From assembly GCF_009834535.1 (NCBI RefSeq), contig NC_045697.1:51214001-51278000 (forward strand): 64,000 nucleotides of DNA. Direction: 5' to 3'. The DNA is from Camelus ferus. Its lineage: Eukaryota. Every line of letters begins with the position of its first letter. Within the stretch, counting starts at the first letter, position 1. A program made the translations under genes and the position numbers. A model generated the notes under the pieces. The model made no database searches and was not told where the DNA came from. It saw only the letters and a program-made list of their open reading frames with translations. Shown here in pieces: positions 24,531 through 37,796 of the stretch.

Positions 24531-25599
24531 GTCTCCTACATATCAGAAACTGAGTAAAAGATACTTTATTTCATTTACTCTTCATATGAGCCTGTTAAGA
24601 AATTTTATGTGTCTTATTCACCATACCTACCTAGGACTGTTTTTGATACACAGTAGATAATCCATGTTGAATGAATGTTATCCCTTTTTACAGATAAATA
24701 ACCTAAGGCCCAAGAGAGTTACATCATCTTTTTCTACTAAAACAGGGCATCACTTTGAGGAGACATTACTGAAAAGGCCATTCATAGTGTCACTTATCTG
24801 AGATTTAACCATATATGTTAATAATAACTCCCTCCTCTAATTTCTCCCTGTCTTTTCCCTTTCCTTTAAAAAAATTCATTTTCTTTAGTTAGGTTAGGAA
24901 AATTTAGACTAGAACTGTTCACCCTAGAGTTGTAATTAGATTGGGTAATCTGCACATTAGGGGATCACTTCAAATTCAGTTTGTATGGCACTCTTACCAG
25001 TACAGGGTTATTTTGTTAATACTGCAGAGCATAAAACATTGTTCCTTTCCCATTGCATTTTTTCCTATTCCAGATTACATAAGGAAATTTGACAAAGTGA
25101 CAAATTTTACTAAACTAAGGATAAATTACACTAATAAATATAAAATTGGCTGTGTTGTCAGTCATGAGTTTATTTGCTATTTAATGATCCAGAAGCAATG
25201 TTTCTGAATTTCATTCACCTGAAATGTTACAGTCTCTTATAGTATTTATGATAAAGAGGAAAAAAGACCATTTCTTTGATTAGTAAATGAAGTTAAAGGC
25301 ATTCCTAGAAAATGAATTTAACTGTGGTGTGTTATGGCTTGCTTCAATGATTATAAGTCTGATGAATGTTATTGTCATTCTCTTAGATATTTCCAAACAG
25401 ATTAGTTTATAGAAAACCAGTTTACTATTAAAAACAACTACATTGAATTATTATTTTTGACATCCTCAAGTCAACACCTGTAATGTATGTATTATATAAT
25501 GCATATGCCTGAGGCAACAAATTCCTAATTTGGCATTACCTTGCCTCCTTCTTTGTGTATTTAATACAGCCATTAATCTCACTACAAGGCTTTACTAAG

Positions 25600-25989
25600 G
25601 ATAAATTGCTACGTAACCCACTTCAACCTCTTTTGTTCAACCAGGGAGCCAGACGTGTTTAAATAGCTTTTTAAAAAATACATCATTATTTTTTTTTGAA
25701 ATTTTAGGATTTTATAGTTTGAAGTGGTAAAATAGGAGACTTTATCTTTTTTGTCTGTTGAAATTACTTGACAGAAGTTTGCTTTGGAATAGAGCTTCTG
25801 TATCTTTAAAAAATACACAGTGAGTCACCCCCCTGCTCTTTTGGTAGATGCCTGGCTAGTGAACAGCTAAGCTGCTTTAGGCATGTAATAGAACATTCCA
25901 TTTCCTGTTCCCTTGCTGACACAGAGGAGTGTTCCTGCTGGCAATGATCTAATCATAGTGCAGTAAGAAACATGGCAGTTTGATAAAAC
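25600..25989 (+). promoter_or_regulatory. Putative alternative non-CpG promoter and 5' UTR of the alternative exon
   Basis: Repeat-free sequence directly upstream of the exon. AP-1 TGAGTCA 25821-25827, TEAD/MCAT ACATTCCA 25893-25900, ETS-like TTTCCTG 25901-25907. TSS not determinable from sequence. Confidence 0.55.
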
Positions 25990-26043
25990 ATGGTGGAGAC
26001 AGCGGCTGAAATGGAAGCATATGTTCTAGAAGACATTCTTGAG
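25990..26043 (+). CDS. ANKRD17: Coding part of an alternative first exon of ankyrin repeat domain 17 (18 aa, MVETAAEMEAYVLEDILE, phase-0 donor)
   Basis: ATG in strong Kozak context (AAAC-ATG-G) at 25990, 18 open codons, then GAG|GTAGGG donor at 26043/26044. The peptide matches my recollection of the short N-terminus of a human ANKRD17 isoform that splices onto exon 2 (VESFILDQDD...). Identified from memory, not by search. Confidence 0.85.
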
Positions 26044-29000
26044 GTAGGGCTAGGTTTGTAAATGAAATGAAAGTTGAAATCTGAACAAAGGAATCTTATC
26101 TGTCGGAATTATTTTACAGATGAATAGATTAGAGGAGAGAGCATAGAGAGGCAGAGCATAAAAGCAAGATACGGTCAGACCTTATTCCGTGTGAGAATGT
26201 GCCAGTCTGTTTCACATGATTACTGAACAAGTCTAGAATTATTTTGTTTTAACTTCATGTTTTGTAAATTGTAGATATATGTTTGATAGGAAATAAAGAA
26301 AGGGGGCCTCGGACTTAATAAAAAGCCTTGTGCTAGTGTTGACCTTTAGATTAACTCATTAGAAGGTGGGGTCTGCAAAGCAGCTTTGAGTAGGTTTAGT
26401 ATCTTGTGTCTTAGAATTCATTTACATATCTAAGCCCGAAACTCTGCTTGCAGTTAACTGTTAAAAACAGCTTGTTATTTTAGTTTCTCGGGTAAAATTA
26501 AGCATATATATCAGTCTAATTGCTTAATTTAGCTGGTACATTCTGATTCTAGGTTTTTTGTGTGACTTTATTACAAAATACATTATTAAATTAAAGATTA
26601 AAAGACTAAAATTTAAGGCACTAATGCTTGAGACTCACAAAAATCTACATTTTGAGTCATGAGAATTTTAAATTGTATTTTCTTTTTTTCCTGTTTGTGT
26701 TAGTTTTATAGAACCTATTTGAGTATAAATCAGTTCAAGGAAATACATGTCAAAGTGGAACTATAATTGGTTTTGGCCTTGGATGTAGTATACCATCAGA
26801 CGTTTGTATTTATAGGTATAGATTTTTAAATCCTATTTTCTTATTTTTGGGGTTGTAGTGTTTTTCCCCCTCATTAAGGAAAAAACTGGCTAATTTTCAT
26901 GATGGTTTCATTATGGTGAGTGGTATTTCTAATACTTAGACTGTTAAGATAACTTATTAAATATTTTACTACCTTCAGGAAGAGATTTTATTAGGGGAAG
27001 AGAGGGCTTGAGAGAATAAGCTGCAAAGGAAAGCTAGGCGGGGTTAACAGAAGAAAAAAGCCTATGCGCATTATAAAGTGCTGCATGATCAATGAGCATT
27101 TTCTGGAGTCCCTCAGTGTGTGCTTGGAGCTGACATTGCAGCAAGTCTCATGGTTGTTCTGCAGAATGAAAACTGATTCCATTGTATTATCTAGCTCCTT
27201 GCAGACACCTGCCAACATACTCTTTTCTTCTCTATTAAGATCTTATTGTCTGAGTAGAATTCTGTGGTTAATTTCCATTCTTTTCCTCTTTTTTTTTAAA
27301 TTTTGATATTATTAGTGAGTTTCCTTAGAAATGGTATGGTGAATTATCTACTTAGAAATAGTGATACATACTTTAATCAAAGAACTTCATTAATTAGGAG
27401 TAGTCACATGACTATTTAGTGATTCAGATTAAACGAGTCTATAAAGTTGTAGTGGGACATTTTTGTTTGCTTTTTAAAAATTTTGCTTTAGATTTTAAAA
27501 GAAGTGTGCGTTATAGATTTAAGTAAATTTATTTGACATTTTCTTTGGTCACTTAAAATTTCAGCATATAACAGATTTTAGAAGTCTTATTTATTTTCTG
27601 GGGAGAACCCACTTGTACATAGTTTTGTGCCTTAAGTATAGGTTTTTCTAATGCTATCTTAAAATTTGGCTTTTCATTATTTCCACTAAAATGTTAAACT
27701 TGTTTAATATCATGTTAAGATTTTGTATTACCTAGTTTGTTCATAGTTACTAGTTAGTTACTAAGGTTATTGTACCTCTGTAATTTTAATTGTTCATCCT
27801 GATATTCAATTTGGTTCCTATATACCTGTCACATTAAACCATACTAAGTGAGTAATTTTCTCTTTATTAGTATTATTTGATTTAACTGAGTATTTGTCAG
27901 TTATTGGCAGACTAGAAGTGAAAATTTTCCAGGTGGTAATAAAATATACTTCTTTTCCAAAATTAAAAGTACTCACAATGACCAGGTGCTAACAATAACA
28001 GTTTAAAGAGGATAAACTTGCTAACTCTGAAGCTAAATGTACTGTTTTCTAAAGTACCTCATATTGCAAGTGAATAGATACATATTATACATTGAGCTTT
28101 CTAGAAAAAAATTTTAATGGGTTAGCTCCTTGTATAAATGTCCAGTAATGAATAATGAAATTCATCTATATACCACAGTGACAGTTTTATTACTGTGTCT
28201 AATATTGAGCTATTTGAAGTTTGTCACCATAATATTCATCTTTATGATTTTATTTATTGAATATCTGGAGTTTTATGTGAATTTGTTTATTTACATTAAA
28301 CATTGGATTCTTTCTGTTTTTTCTGCCTTTGAATTTAACTTGGTTTTTTGAACGATACATTTTTTAAAGGTACTTTTATTTAAATCTTAATAAAAAGAAA
28401 ATTAAAATCAGTATCATCAGTGAATTAGTGCAGCTCAATTCTAATAATGCTGTCATTTGCCTTTTAATTGGTGACTGTTTATGATATATACCTGTGTGTA
28501 TTTAACCTAAATTTTTAGATGATAACCAACATCTTAATTAAAATATTGTAAGTTACTTAAACTTATAATAAAACGAGAAGACTGATACCAATTTATATGA
28601 TTGCTTCTCAGTTATCCAGTAATGGTAATGGACTTAATAGAATAACTTGGTTATTTTAATTATCTGGATAATCCAGTCAGTAAAATCTTCTCCAAACCAA
28701 AGTAGTCAAAATGTTTCTTGTCCTTTTGCCCACCTTAACTAATGCTCAAGAAAATGGTCAAATACAGATGATAGAAAAGGCCTAGGAGCCTATATGAATA
28801 TCTCTCTTTTTTTGTATTGCTTATGTTATTTTTGCTGAGACATAATTGTAATTTTAGAATTTTGATGTTCTTCCTCTAAGTTATATGTAATAATGGATCT
28901 TAGTACTTAGAAAGCTCAAAAAGAAGAAAAAGTCCTCCAAACTTTTTTTTGTATATTCCAAATTTGTGCAACCAAGTGCTGTTTATATATTTTTTATATG

Positions 29001-31284
29001 AAAATATGAAACATATGAGAAGCTGTTTCAGAAACTTAATTATTGTATATTCTAGTTTTATTATTTCTGCTTGAACTAGTTTTAGTTGTTTTCTGTAAGG
29101 ATTGCTTTAGAAATGAGAAATTTTACAAATACTTCTCAAATACTTCTGTCTTTTAATTTTAATTAAATTAAACATTCTTTCTTCGCATATAGCATTTGAT
29201 ACATTTTTGCTTTAGAAGAGTAGCAATTATTTTGAAAATAAAAATATTTTTAATATTAAGTATAATAACTCTCATGCCTAATCTTGTTCCTTTGTTATCT
29301 AGAGCCAGGGTTTCTAGCTTTATGTGTAGTTGATTTTGCAGGTTGTAATATATAAGCTAAAAGCTCCAAATCTTTATGGTTGTTCCTTAGAGATACAGTG
29401 GGTTGAAGATTTGGCTGAACCCTTTAGGGTGTAACTTTAAAGGGTCAGGTTTAGACTTATTAAGTAGGTTTACTATGGAATCATTTCTTGCTCTGTATTT
29501 ATCTTAACGTTAGAAAGTTTTTAATAAAATAAGCTTAAAAGAATAATAGAGATAGTGTTTCCTTTTAATTTTGGCTAGTGGGCTAGTGGTAAATAATGCG
29601 TTTTCATTCAAACAGAAGAAATCCACTTGCTATTTATCATAAAAATTATTTTTAGTGATGATATAAAATCTCCATGAAGTAGATTCTTTCAACAGTTATT
29701 TGCTGTATTTCTTTTTATTCTGTAAGGTATATTGGCTTATGCAATGCACATCATTTATATATTATATCGGTTAAGTCTTCCATGGATTTATTTGTAAAGT
29801 TCTATATCTATATAGTTAGCATAACACTGGTGACATTTTTTCACTAGCAAGAATTGGAGGAGTTACTCTTAGGACATAAGTATAAGTTGATCTAGAGACA
29901 GAAAAATTTAGCTAAATATGTAAATTATTCGAATTGATAAAAGTAGCATTTTCCGTTCACTAAGAGGTTTTAAAAAGATTAGACATGTTGGGCAAACTGA
30001 ATCTTATAATTTCACTCCAGTATTTATTGAGCACCTTCAATGTGCTACGCATTTGAAATTCAATGAGATTAGTCCAGCTAACTTTGCTTCACAAAAGTAA
30101 AAATTTAGAGGGTAGAATGTGTGTCATTGGTATTTAAACATTCTTGAATTCAGGATGTGTACGGATATGTATTTGAATATTAGTATTTTACTTCATTTGT
30201 TCATCTGAATACTTTGAAACCCATGTTTTCAGTGTTCTGAATTTTTAATAAGCAAGTAGTTTTCTTTAAGCTCCTTTAGATTATCTTTTTATGCTTATCT
30301 ATTTAATTGTTATGCATATTTCTGAGTATCAGAATGTCGAGAAATTTCCCTGGATTCCATTTTTTTTTTATCCATAAAGATAAGTCTATTACCAGTTAAA
30401 TCAGTATATTTTTATACATAGTGTATATGTGTATGTTCATACAACACACTCATATATGCTTACATATACTCTTCATTTGTGTTCCTGCTGTATTATGCAT
30501 TATGAATACTCTTAATTTGAAAGTCAAGTCTATCTTGAAGGGAGGGGCAGAAGTTGGAACATTGCTTTCACACACCCACTTTTGGAGAATGTGTAGGGGA
30601 GTATTAAAAAACAACTAAAAGGCACACTTAGGTTAATCAATAATCCCTGTAAAGAAGAATGATATTTTAGTGGAGTATGAAGGCTCCAAACAGCTTGCAA
30701 AAAGATATAGAAGTATGTGAAATAATCTATTACTGTCACATGAGAGTAAAGGCAGAGTGTCCAAATGACACTAGTCCCACATTAATCCAACATAGTCTAC
30801 TGGTTAATGTGGAACATGCTGTGGAGGATGCATTAGGAAAGGTCTACATCATGTATTACCTCTATATGCTTGTAGCAACATTGGCACTCTGCTGGTTCTG
30901 AATTATTAGGGGCCTTGACTGAAGAACTCATTCTGGTATGAAGTGACTTGATCACTACAAAGTTGCTGAGTGTCAAAGTCCTGCTTAACCACTGGTTTGG
31001 CTTAGTATATGGCCTCCAAATTTGCCAAGACAAAGGCCTTTCAGGTGTTCATAAATGTCTGTGAGATAACTTTTGGTTCCATAAGTGGGTAGATTAATAT
31101 TGGCCATTAATATTGGTCTTGGATGGAACCACACTTCTAACTAACTGTCTATATTTGCAAATATACATATATGTTGTACATAGGATGCCCACATAATTTT
31201 ATGGCGGCAATAGAAATTGAATATGTTAGTTACAATTTATTAAAAATTTAAGTTATTACATGGAGGAATTGTACCATTATATGT

Positions 31285-32372
31285 TTTATAATTTTATTTA
31301 AAAAAATAACTTTTCCAGAAGGAAAAAAAAACTAAGTAGCATTGTTCTACATATTTTACGGATATCTTTGAAGTGTGACTTAATGGAAGATAACTAGATT
31401 CACGTATTTGCTTTTATATTCTGTTATACATTATTTTTGAGGAAGTCTAAGAAGAAAATGTAATCATATTTATATGAGGGTTAAAAAAGGGGAAGAATAT
31501 TTTAATAACACTTTCTAATAATTGTGGATATTCTTGATTGATACCACTCCTAAAACTACTCAAATGGTAGTTTCCTGGAGGTTAGTTGCAGTGTGGAATC
31601 TGAAACATTATAAATGAATTTTCTAAACTTTGTTCAATTAAAACCCACTGGTTTATTGTGCATTTTGAATAGATCTTTTACTTGTGTGGGATTTTGTAGC
31701 CTCATACATTGGTCAATTGGAAAATACTGATTTACTGACTTACAAATATTGCTACATTTTATTCTACGATGTCAAAAAATAGTATTTGCTAATATAATTA
31801 TTGATCTCCTTAGAAAAGTAAAAACCTGGAAAGCTGTCATATTTAGTGCCAGATAGAAGTTCCAGAATTCTAATTTATACTTCAAAGCTTGAATTTATCA
31901 CTGATGACAAAGAAAGTGAGTTGTTTTCTTTGAAAATGATATCTGTGTTCCATTCAAAAACTGTTAGCTAACTCACATTTACACAAGTGTTTTTCTTGAG
32001 ACAACTACATTACTGACTGCAGCAGAAATGTTTCCCATTTTGTCACACAGAATTTTAAAAAGTAATATACATAAGGTTGAAAAATTTTAAATTAGTACTT
32101 TTTTACTACTTCATAGTGGAAACTCACCTGTTTTTCCCCTGTTTAATTATGAGTGCATGGTAGAGAAGAATATGATTTGTGCTATGTTTATGATTAGTGT
32201 TAAGGGGCCAATAGTTTTACCTGCCAAACTTATATCATCAGGGCAGATGTCAACACAGTAAAACAGGCAAATAACATTTTAAATTTATAAAAATAATTTT
32301 GACCTCACAGACCCTCCAAAAGAGTCTTGAGGATTCCCATGAATCCTGTGAACCACACTTGAATAACCACTG
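31285..32372 (-). mobile_element. Charlie1a-type hAT DNA transposon with degraded transposase
   Basis: Minus strand begins CAGTGGTTATTCAAGTGTGG...GAGGTCAAAATTATTTT...TTGACATCTGCCCTGATGAT (ICTDG-like region); GGTTAGTTGCAGTGTGGAATCTGAAAC motif. Left boundary approximate. Confidence 0.85.
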
Positions 32373-33277
32373 GCTTAGTATATTGCCCAAATTTACAATC
32401 ACTAATAGTGTGAAACTAAGATTGAGACTTAAGTCTATTTGACCCATATGTTTTCTTTTTACCATTTTGTCAAATTTCTTAATTTATCACATGGTCCCAA
32501 TTACTTTAATCTCTTTTGTCACTCCTTCTAAAGTATCTCTGTCCTTCAACTACAACATAGCAGGTTTAAGAAGTAGGAAAAACTTTGTGGAAAAATATTT
32601 TTTTAATGTATAAATATAAATATATATAAGCCCTAGATCAGTCATTCAGAACTTATGAAAAAGGATTCTGAGTACTCCCAGGTGAAATAGTGAGTGAAAG
32701 AAGCTAGAAGTAATTGGAAAGTGGTTTTGCTTGTAGAATTATATTATGTAAGTAACACTTTTGATTTTGATAAAGATAATAATTTAAAACCTAAATGGGT
32801 TTGTAAATTCCATCAAATGTCTTGTGTTATAATTCTGAATAATTAGGAAAGGAGTTTATAAATTATAACTACTTGAATACTCATTTTAGCAAGTAGAAAC
32901 AAATATATGAAGTATTTGTCGAATTTGAATTTTTTAATTTGAAGGCTTTTAGGCATCTTTTCTATCCTATCAGAGATGCTAGCTGGTTTTCATTCAGTCA
33001 TGAGAAGTTCTTTCTCTGAGACTAGTTCTGTTTTGTATTGTCTATGAAAATGAAAAAAAAGATTAAGATAATATATATTTTGGTTATCCAAAGATTAAGC
33101 TGTTTCAGATTCCTTTGCATAGTAGCAAATTAAGTCATTTAAAATCTACTTTATACTTTTCTCTTGTATTAACATGTACTATGATTTTGCCACAATTTCA
33201 TTTTGAAATTGAGATTGAAATCACATGTTCCCATGGGAAAAGAGAAATGCCAGTAACATCTGCACATCTCAGTCTTT

Positions 33278-34134
33278 TTTTTTTTTTAACATTTTTACTG
33301 ATTTATAATCATTTTACAATGTTGTGTCAAATTCCAGTGTAGAACACAGTTTTTCAGTTACATGTGAACATATATCTATTCATTGTCACATTTTTTCCTC
33401 TGTGAGCTACTGTAAGATCTTGTATGTATATTTCCCTGTGCCATACAGTATAATCTTGTTTATCTGTTCTCCAATTTTGAAGTCCCAGTCTTCCCCTTCC
33501 CACCCCCTGCCCCCTTGGCAACCACAAGTTTGTATTCTATGTTTATGAGTCTATTTCTGTTTTGTATTCATGCTTTGTTTGTTTGTTTTAGATTCCACGT
33601 ATGAGCGATCTCATATGGTATTTTTCTTTCTCTCTGGCTTACTTCACTTAGAATGACATTCTCCAGGAGCATCCATGTTGCTGCAAATGGCGTTATGCTG
33701 TCATTTTTATGGCTGAATAGTATACCATTGTGTAAATATACCACATCTTCTTTATCCAGTCATCTGTTGAAGGATATTTAGGCTGTTTCTATGTCTTGAC
33801 TATTCTAAATAGTGCTGCTATGAACATTGGGGTGCAGGTGTCATTTTGAAGTAGGGTTCCTCCTGAATATATGCCCAGGAGCGGGATTCCTGGGTCATAC
33901 GGTAAGTTTATTCCTAGTCTTATGAGGAATCTCCATACTGTTTTCCACAGTGGCTGCACCAAACTGCATTCCCACCAGCAGTGTAGGAGGATTCCCTTTT
34001 CTCCATAGACTTTACAGCATTTGTCATTTGTGGACTTCTGAATGATGGCCATTCTGACTGGTGTGTGGTGATACTTCACTGTAGTTTTGATTTGCATTTC
34101 TCTGATAATTAGTGATATTGAGCATTTTTTCATG
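33278..34134 (-). mobile_element. Young camelid-type L1, 5'-truncated (ORF2 C-terminus, 3' UTR, poly(A)) with perfect TSD
   Basis: TSD CTGCACATCTCAGTCTTT at 33260-33277 and 34135-34152. ORF 33789-34163 encodes ORF2p C-terminal sequence REMQIKTT...[13 protein letters not shown]...[13 protein letters not shown]. Confidence 0.95.
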
Positions 34135-36631
34135 CTGCACATCTCAGTCTTTACACTTCTCAAATTCTATAGCTCTTCTCCTCGCCTCCAAATTCCAAGG
34201 GACTGTTGAGATGAGGAACAGTGTTAAGCCAATATTATACTGCTTATTGGTGTTTTCTGTTGTCTGGTTCCTTCTTTAGTCTCTGTCCTTTTATTTAATT
34301 TCTTTCTCTGAATTTTGATGCCTGTTGCCCACTTTATTTTGATTTCTTATTCCTGCTACAGATTGTCTAGATTCTGATCCTCTACTTGATGTTTGGATAT
34401 TGTGACCAACCTAATTCCTTGTTTTCACACAGATCTCATTTGTTGGCCATCTCATTTGTCTAACTAGTGTTTATCCTTAACTGGTTCTAACCTTGAATTT
34501 GTCTTGTTGCCATTTCCCTAGTCCTTGTCACATGTTCTACATTTGTAATTTATGCTCTGTCATCATAAAAATATCAACATGTATTTGTATGAACTGTTTA
34601 AGCAAGTTTGAGAAATACAGTTTCTAAATTCTTACTATTTCATAAGGAAATACTGTATAAGGTTTTCCAAAAACATGTGCTGGTGTTTAAGTGTTCACAG
34701 ATATTGGAAAGTTTTCCTTTTTAATATTTTGTCACACTTGTACAATATTTTGTTATTTTCTCAAAATGTCTTTGTCAGTGTCTTTTTCCTGATTTTCTTA
34801 GTTTTATCAATGAAATAAAGTAAATGGAGATAATAGTGGATAGAAAGTTGCTCTCTGCTGTAAAACTATTTATTTAAAGAACCAAAATATTAAAATTAAG
34901 TCCTATATATGTCATTTAAAAAAATCTTGGCTGGTGATCATCATTTTGTAAATATTTTCTGAATTACAAAGAATATATCTTTTTCAGAATGATAGGTAAG
35001 AGAATGCTGAACTATGTTGACATTAATTTTTACATACTTGTAGATTATATTTAATGGGCTTTCTTTTTATTGTCCTGAGCTTATAGTGTTATTATATGAT
35101 TTTCTGTGAATAGTTTTATTCTTGGTGTCTTCAGTGACTTAGCATTGTATTTTGAACACATTAAATACTTGGTTTTCACTTTAATTTGAGTTACATTTGT
35201 ATAATTAAAGAATTACCTTCTTGTCTTTTTCCCTTGAGAAGTTCTTTGAACTCTTATTTTTGGTTAGGTATAGACAGGAAATGAGGAAGATGAACTAAAA
35301 GTCAGTCATATTACTCAGATCAACCCAAGTGATCAGTAAGTTGAAATTTTAAGACTTATAATCTTCATATGTTATTTGAAATAAGTATTTTTTTATTCTT
35401 GTGTTTCTTTAAAGTTAATTTGTATCATACAGTTTCTCTAAGATCCCTTCTAGATGTAAAAGCCTTAACTAGAACTGTTAAGATAGTGGCTTCAGTAAGT
35501 GGTGTGTATCTCCCATGTATTTCTAAAGCTTTATAACCTGTTTTACTGTGTTATTTCACATTTAAGAACCAAAGCCAAGTTCAATTTTGTACCTGAACTA
35601 TCTATTATTTGACATCCTTCTACCCATCAACTTTATTTTTACCATTTAATCTGAACTATTTGCCTTTACATTGTATTTGAATACTCTTTTACTGCTCACA
35701 TTGTCTACTTGCTACCCTCCTCATCTATTCATTCATCTATTCCTTATTCAAAATCATACTCCTTCCCTAGGGTTTTCTTTCTCTAGACTTTCAGGCTATC
35801 TCCTACCCTTTTCTGCTCTTAAAGAGTAATTTAAGACTGTGTATTTAAAATATTATGCAGTTTCTATAATGTTCTTGATTAAATGTTAAATTCTTTAATG
35901 TGGATATCTTGGTGCTCTTTAAATTTTAAGAAAGTACTTATGTATTTATGTAAGAGATATTTCATCCCACAAAAGAATTTGAAGTAACTTATGAAAGTGT
36001 ATATTCTGAAAAGTAAAAATACAAATGGCAAAATTAGTAAATTAAGACCAGAGGTAAAAGTAGTATTCAGAAGTGCATATACAATATGTAATTGCTAGGC
36101 TAAGATTGAATTAGCTAGCAACCAGAGCCAAATTGGAGACTTGATGAGTTTTGTGGTTTGTGTTATTCATGAGCTCCATAAGCATACTGGATGATCTGGA
36201 GAACTGATATATTTTGTGCAGTTTAGGTCTTAGAAGAAATTTCTCTTTGGGCCCCTATATTGGAGGTACTGCTTGTTGTAGTAAATAATTTCTTCAGCAT
36301 TCCAAAAGTAAACAAGCTTCATACTATTTCTATAGAACATAAGCCAACGGTTTACTTGATAAAATTCAGTTGGGTTAAAAAAAATAGTACTGTAGTCTGA
36401 ATACTCAGTTTTCTGGTGGTCTGGTTTGTTTCAAGAAAAATTTAGAATATCTAGAACAGCGGTTGCAAGCTTGTGGCTTCTTGGCTGTATCAGAATTAGA
36501 AATGTGTTTTGTATAGCTGATGTAATGTTGGTCCACCTGATGACCATTTATTTACATTTTCTTTAGTGTATCTCAGAACTTCTGTGTAGTTTTCACTGTT
36601 CAGTTCTTGCAAATGTTTTGTTAAATTTATC

Positions 36632-37194
36632 TGTCAGGGAGAAAAACTTACCTACTCTCTTAGGTTTAGTGAATGAGACCTGTGAATTAAACTGATACCA
36701 GAATAACAGGAGAGATTTATTATACATGCACACGGGGACCTCACAGAAAAGAACTGAAAACCCAGAGAGGAAGTTAGGCTTGGGAGTTACGTATCATTTT
36801 AACAAATGGTGATAAATTGTGTTCTGACTAGCCAAAGGAAAAGAGATTTAGGCTTCTAGGGCAGTAAATTGTAGGAAGGTAACTATATGGGAAAACTTAA
36901 TTGGTAGACAAGAAATTTATTTACCCCTTATTTATTTTTGAGATTTCTTATGCAGATTTAAGTTGGAGCCATCATCAGTGAAAAGAGGCATTTCCAGTAT
37001 TTCAGAGTTTTTCTCTTTCTGGTTTGGGAGAAGGCAGGAGGGAACACTTCACAAAGGGAAATACATGTCCTTCTTCTAGGCAGAAAGGGGCAGGGCGAAG
37101 AGTTCCTTCTGCATCTGTCTCTCAGTTGCCTTCAGTCAAAATAATCCTTATGCCAAAGTGGCATATTTTAGGGTGGCATATTCTAATCCCTTTA
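36632..37194 (-). mobile_element. ERV1 solo LTR, MER34 family, inserted in L1
   Basis: Minus strand starts TAAAGGGATTAGAATATGCCACCCTAAAATATGCCACTTTGGCATAAGGATTATTTTGACTGAAGGCAA (MER34A-like) and ends ...CCCTGACA. It splits the L1 motif GTTAAATTTATC|CCTAAG. Confidence 0.85.
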
Positions 37195-37796
37195 TCCCCT
37201 AAGTGTTTTATGGTTTTTAAAGTTACTGTAAATGGTAATTCTTTTTATTTTATTTAGCAGTTGTTTGTTGCTTATATATAGGAATGCAGTGGACATCTGT
37301 ATATTGACCTTGTATTCTATAGGCTTGCTAAATTCATTTAGTTCTACCAGGGTTGTGTTTTTTGTTGTTGTTTTGTTTTTGTTTGTTTGTTTTTGGTAGA
37401 TGGTAGAATTTTCTACATACATCGTCGTCTATGCAGGTAAAGTCAGTTTTTCTCCCCTTCTCCCCTACCTTTATGCCTTTAATTTTTTTTTCTTGCCTTA
37501 TTGCCCTAGGTAGTACATCTAATAAAATGTTGAATAGAATTGGTGACCTGTGGACAATATTGCCTTGCTCCTGATCTTAGGGAGAAAAGTGTTTAGTCTT
37601 CATAGAATGTCATCTATACTTTTTTCTCAACTCCTTTATCTGGTTGAGATGTTCCTGTCTATTCCTAGTTTGCTAATAATTTTTATTATCAAAAGATACT
37701 GAATTGTCAGGTGTTTTATCTGTATCTTTTGAGATAATCTTACGAGTTTCCTCCTTTATTTTGTTATTTTGTAAGTTATGTTAATTGACTCTTGGA

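Noticed and set aside
30640..31060. Cluster of overlapping short ORFs, possibly a processed pseudogene or ancient LINE
   Set aside because: No recognisable protein, poly(A) or TSD. It may be a very old RTE/L4-type remnant, but I cannot support a family call.
33789..34163. 124-aa ORF as a host protein
   Set aside because: It is the C-terminal fragment of L1 ORF2p in a 5'-truncated element, with the start supplied by flanking DNA.
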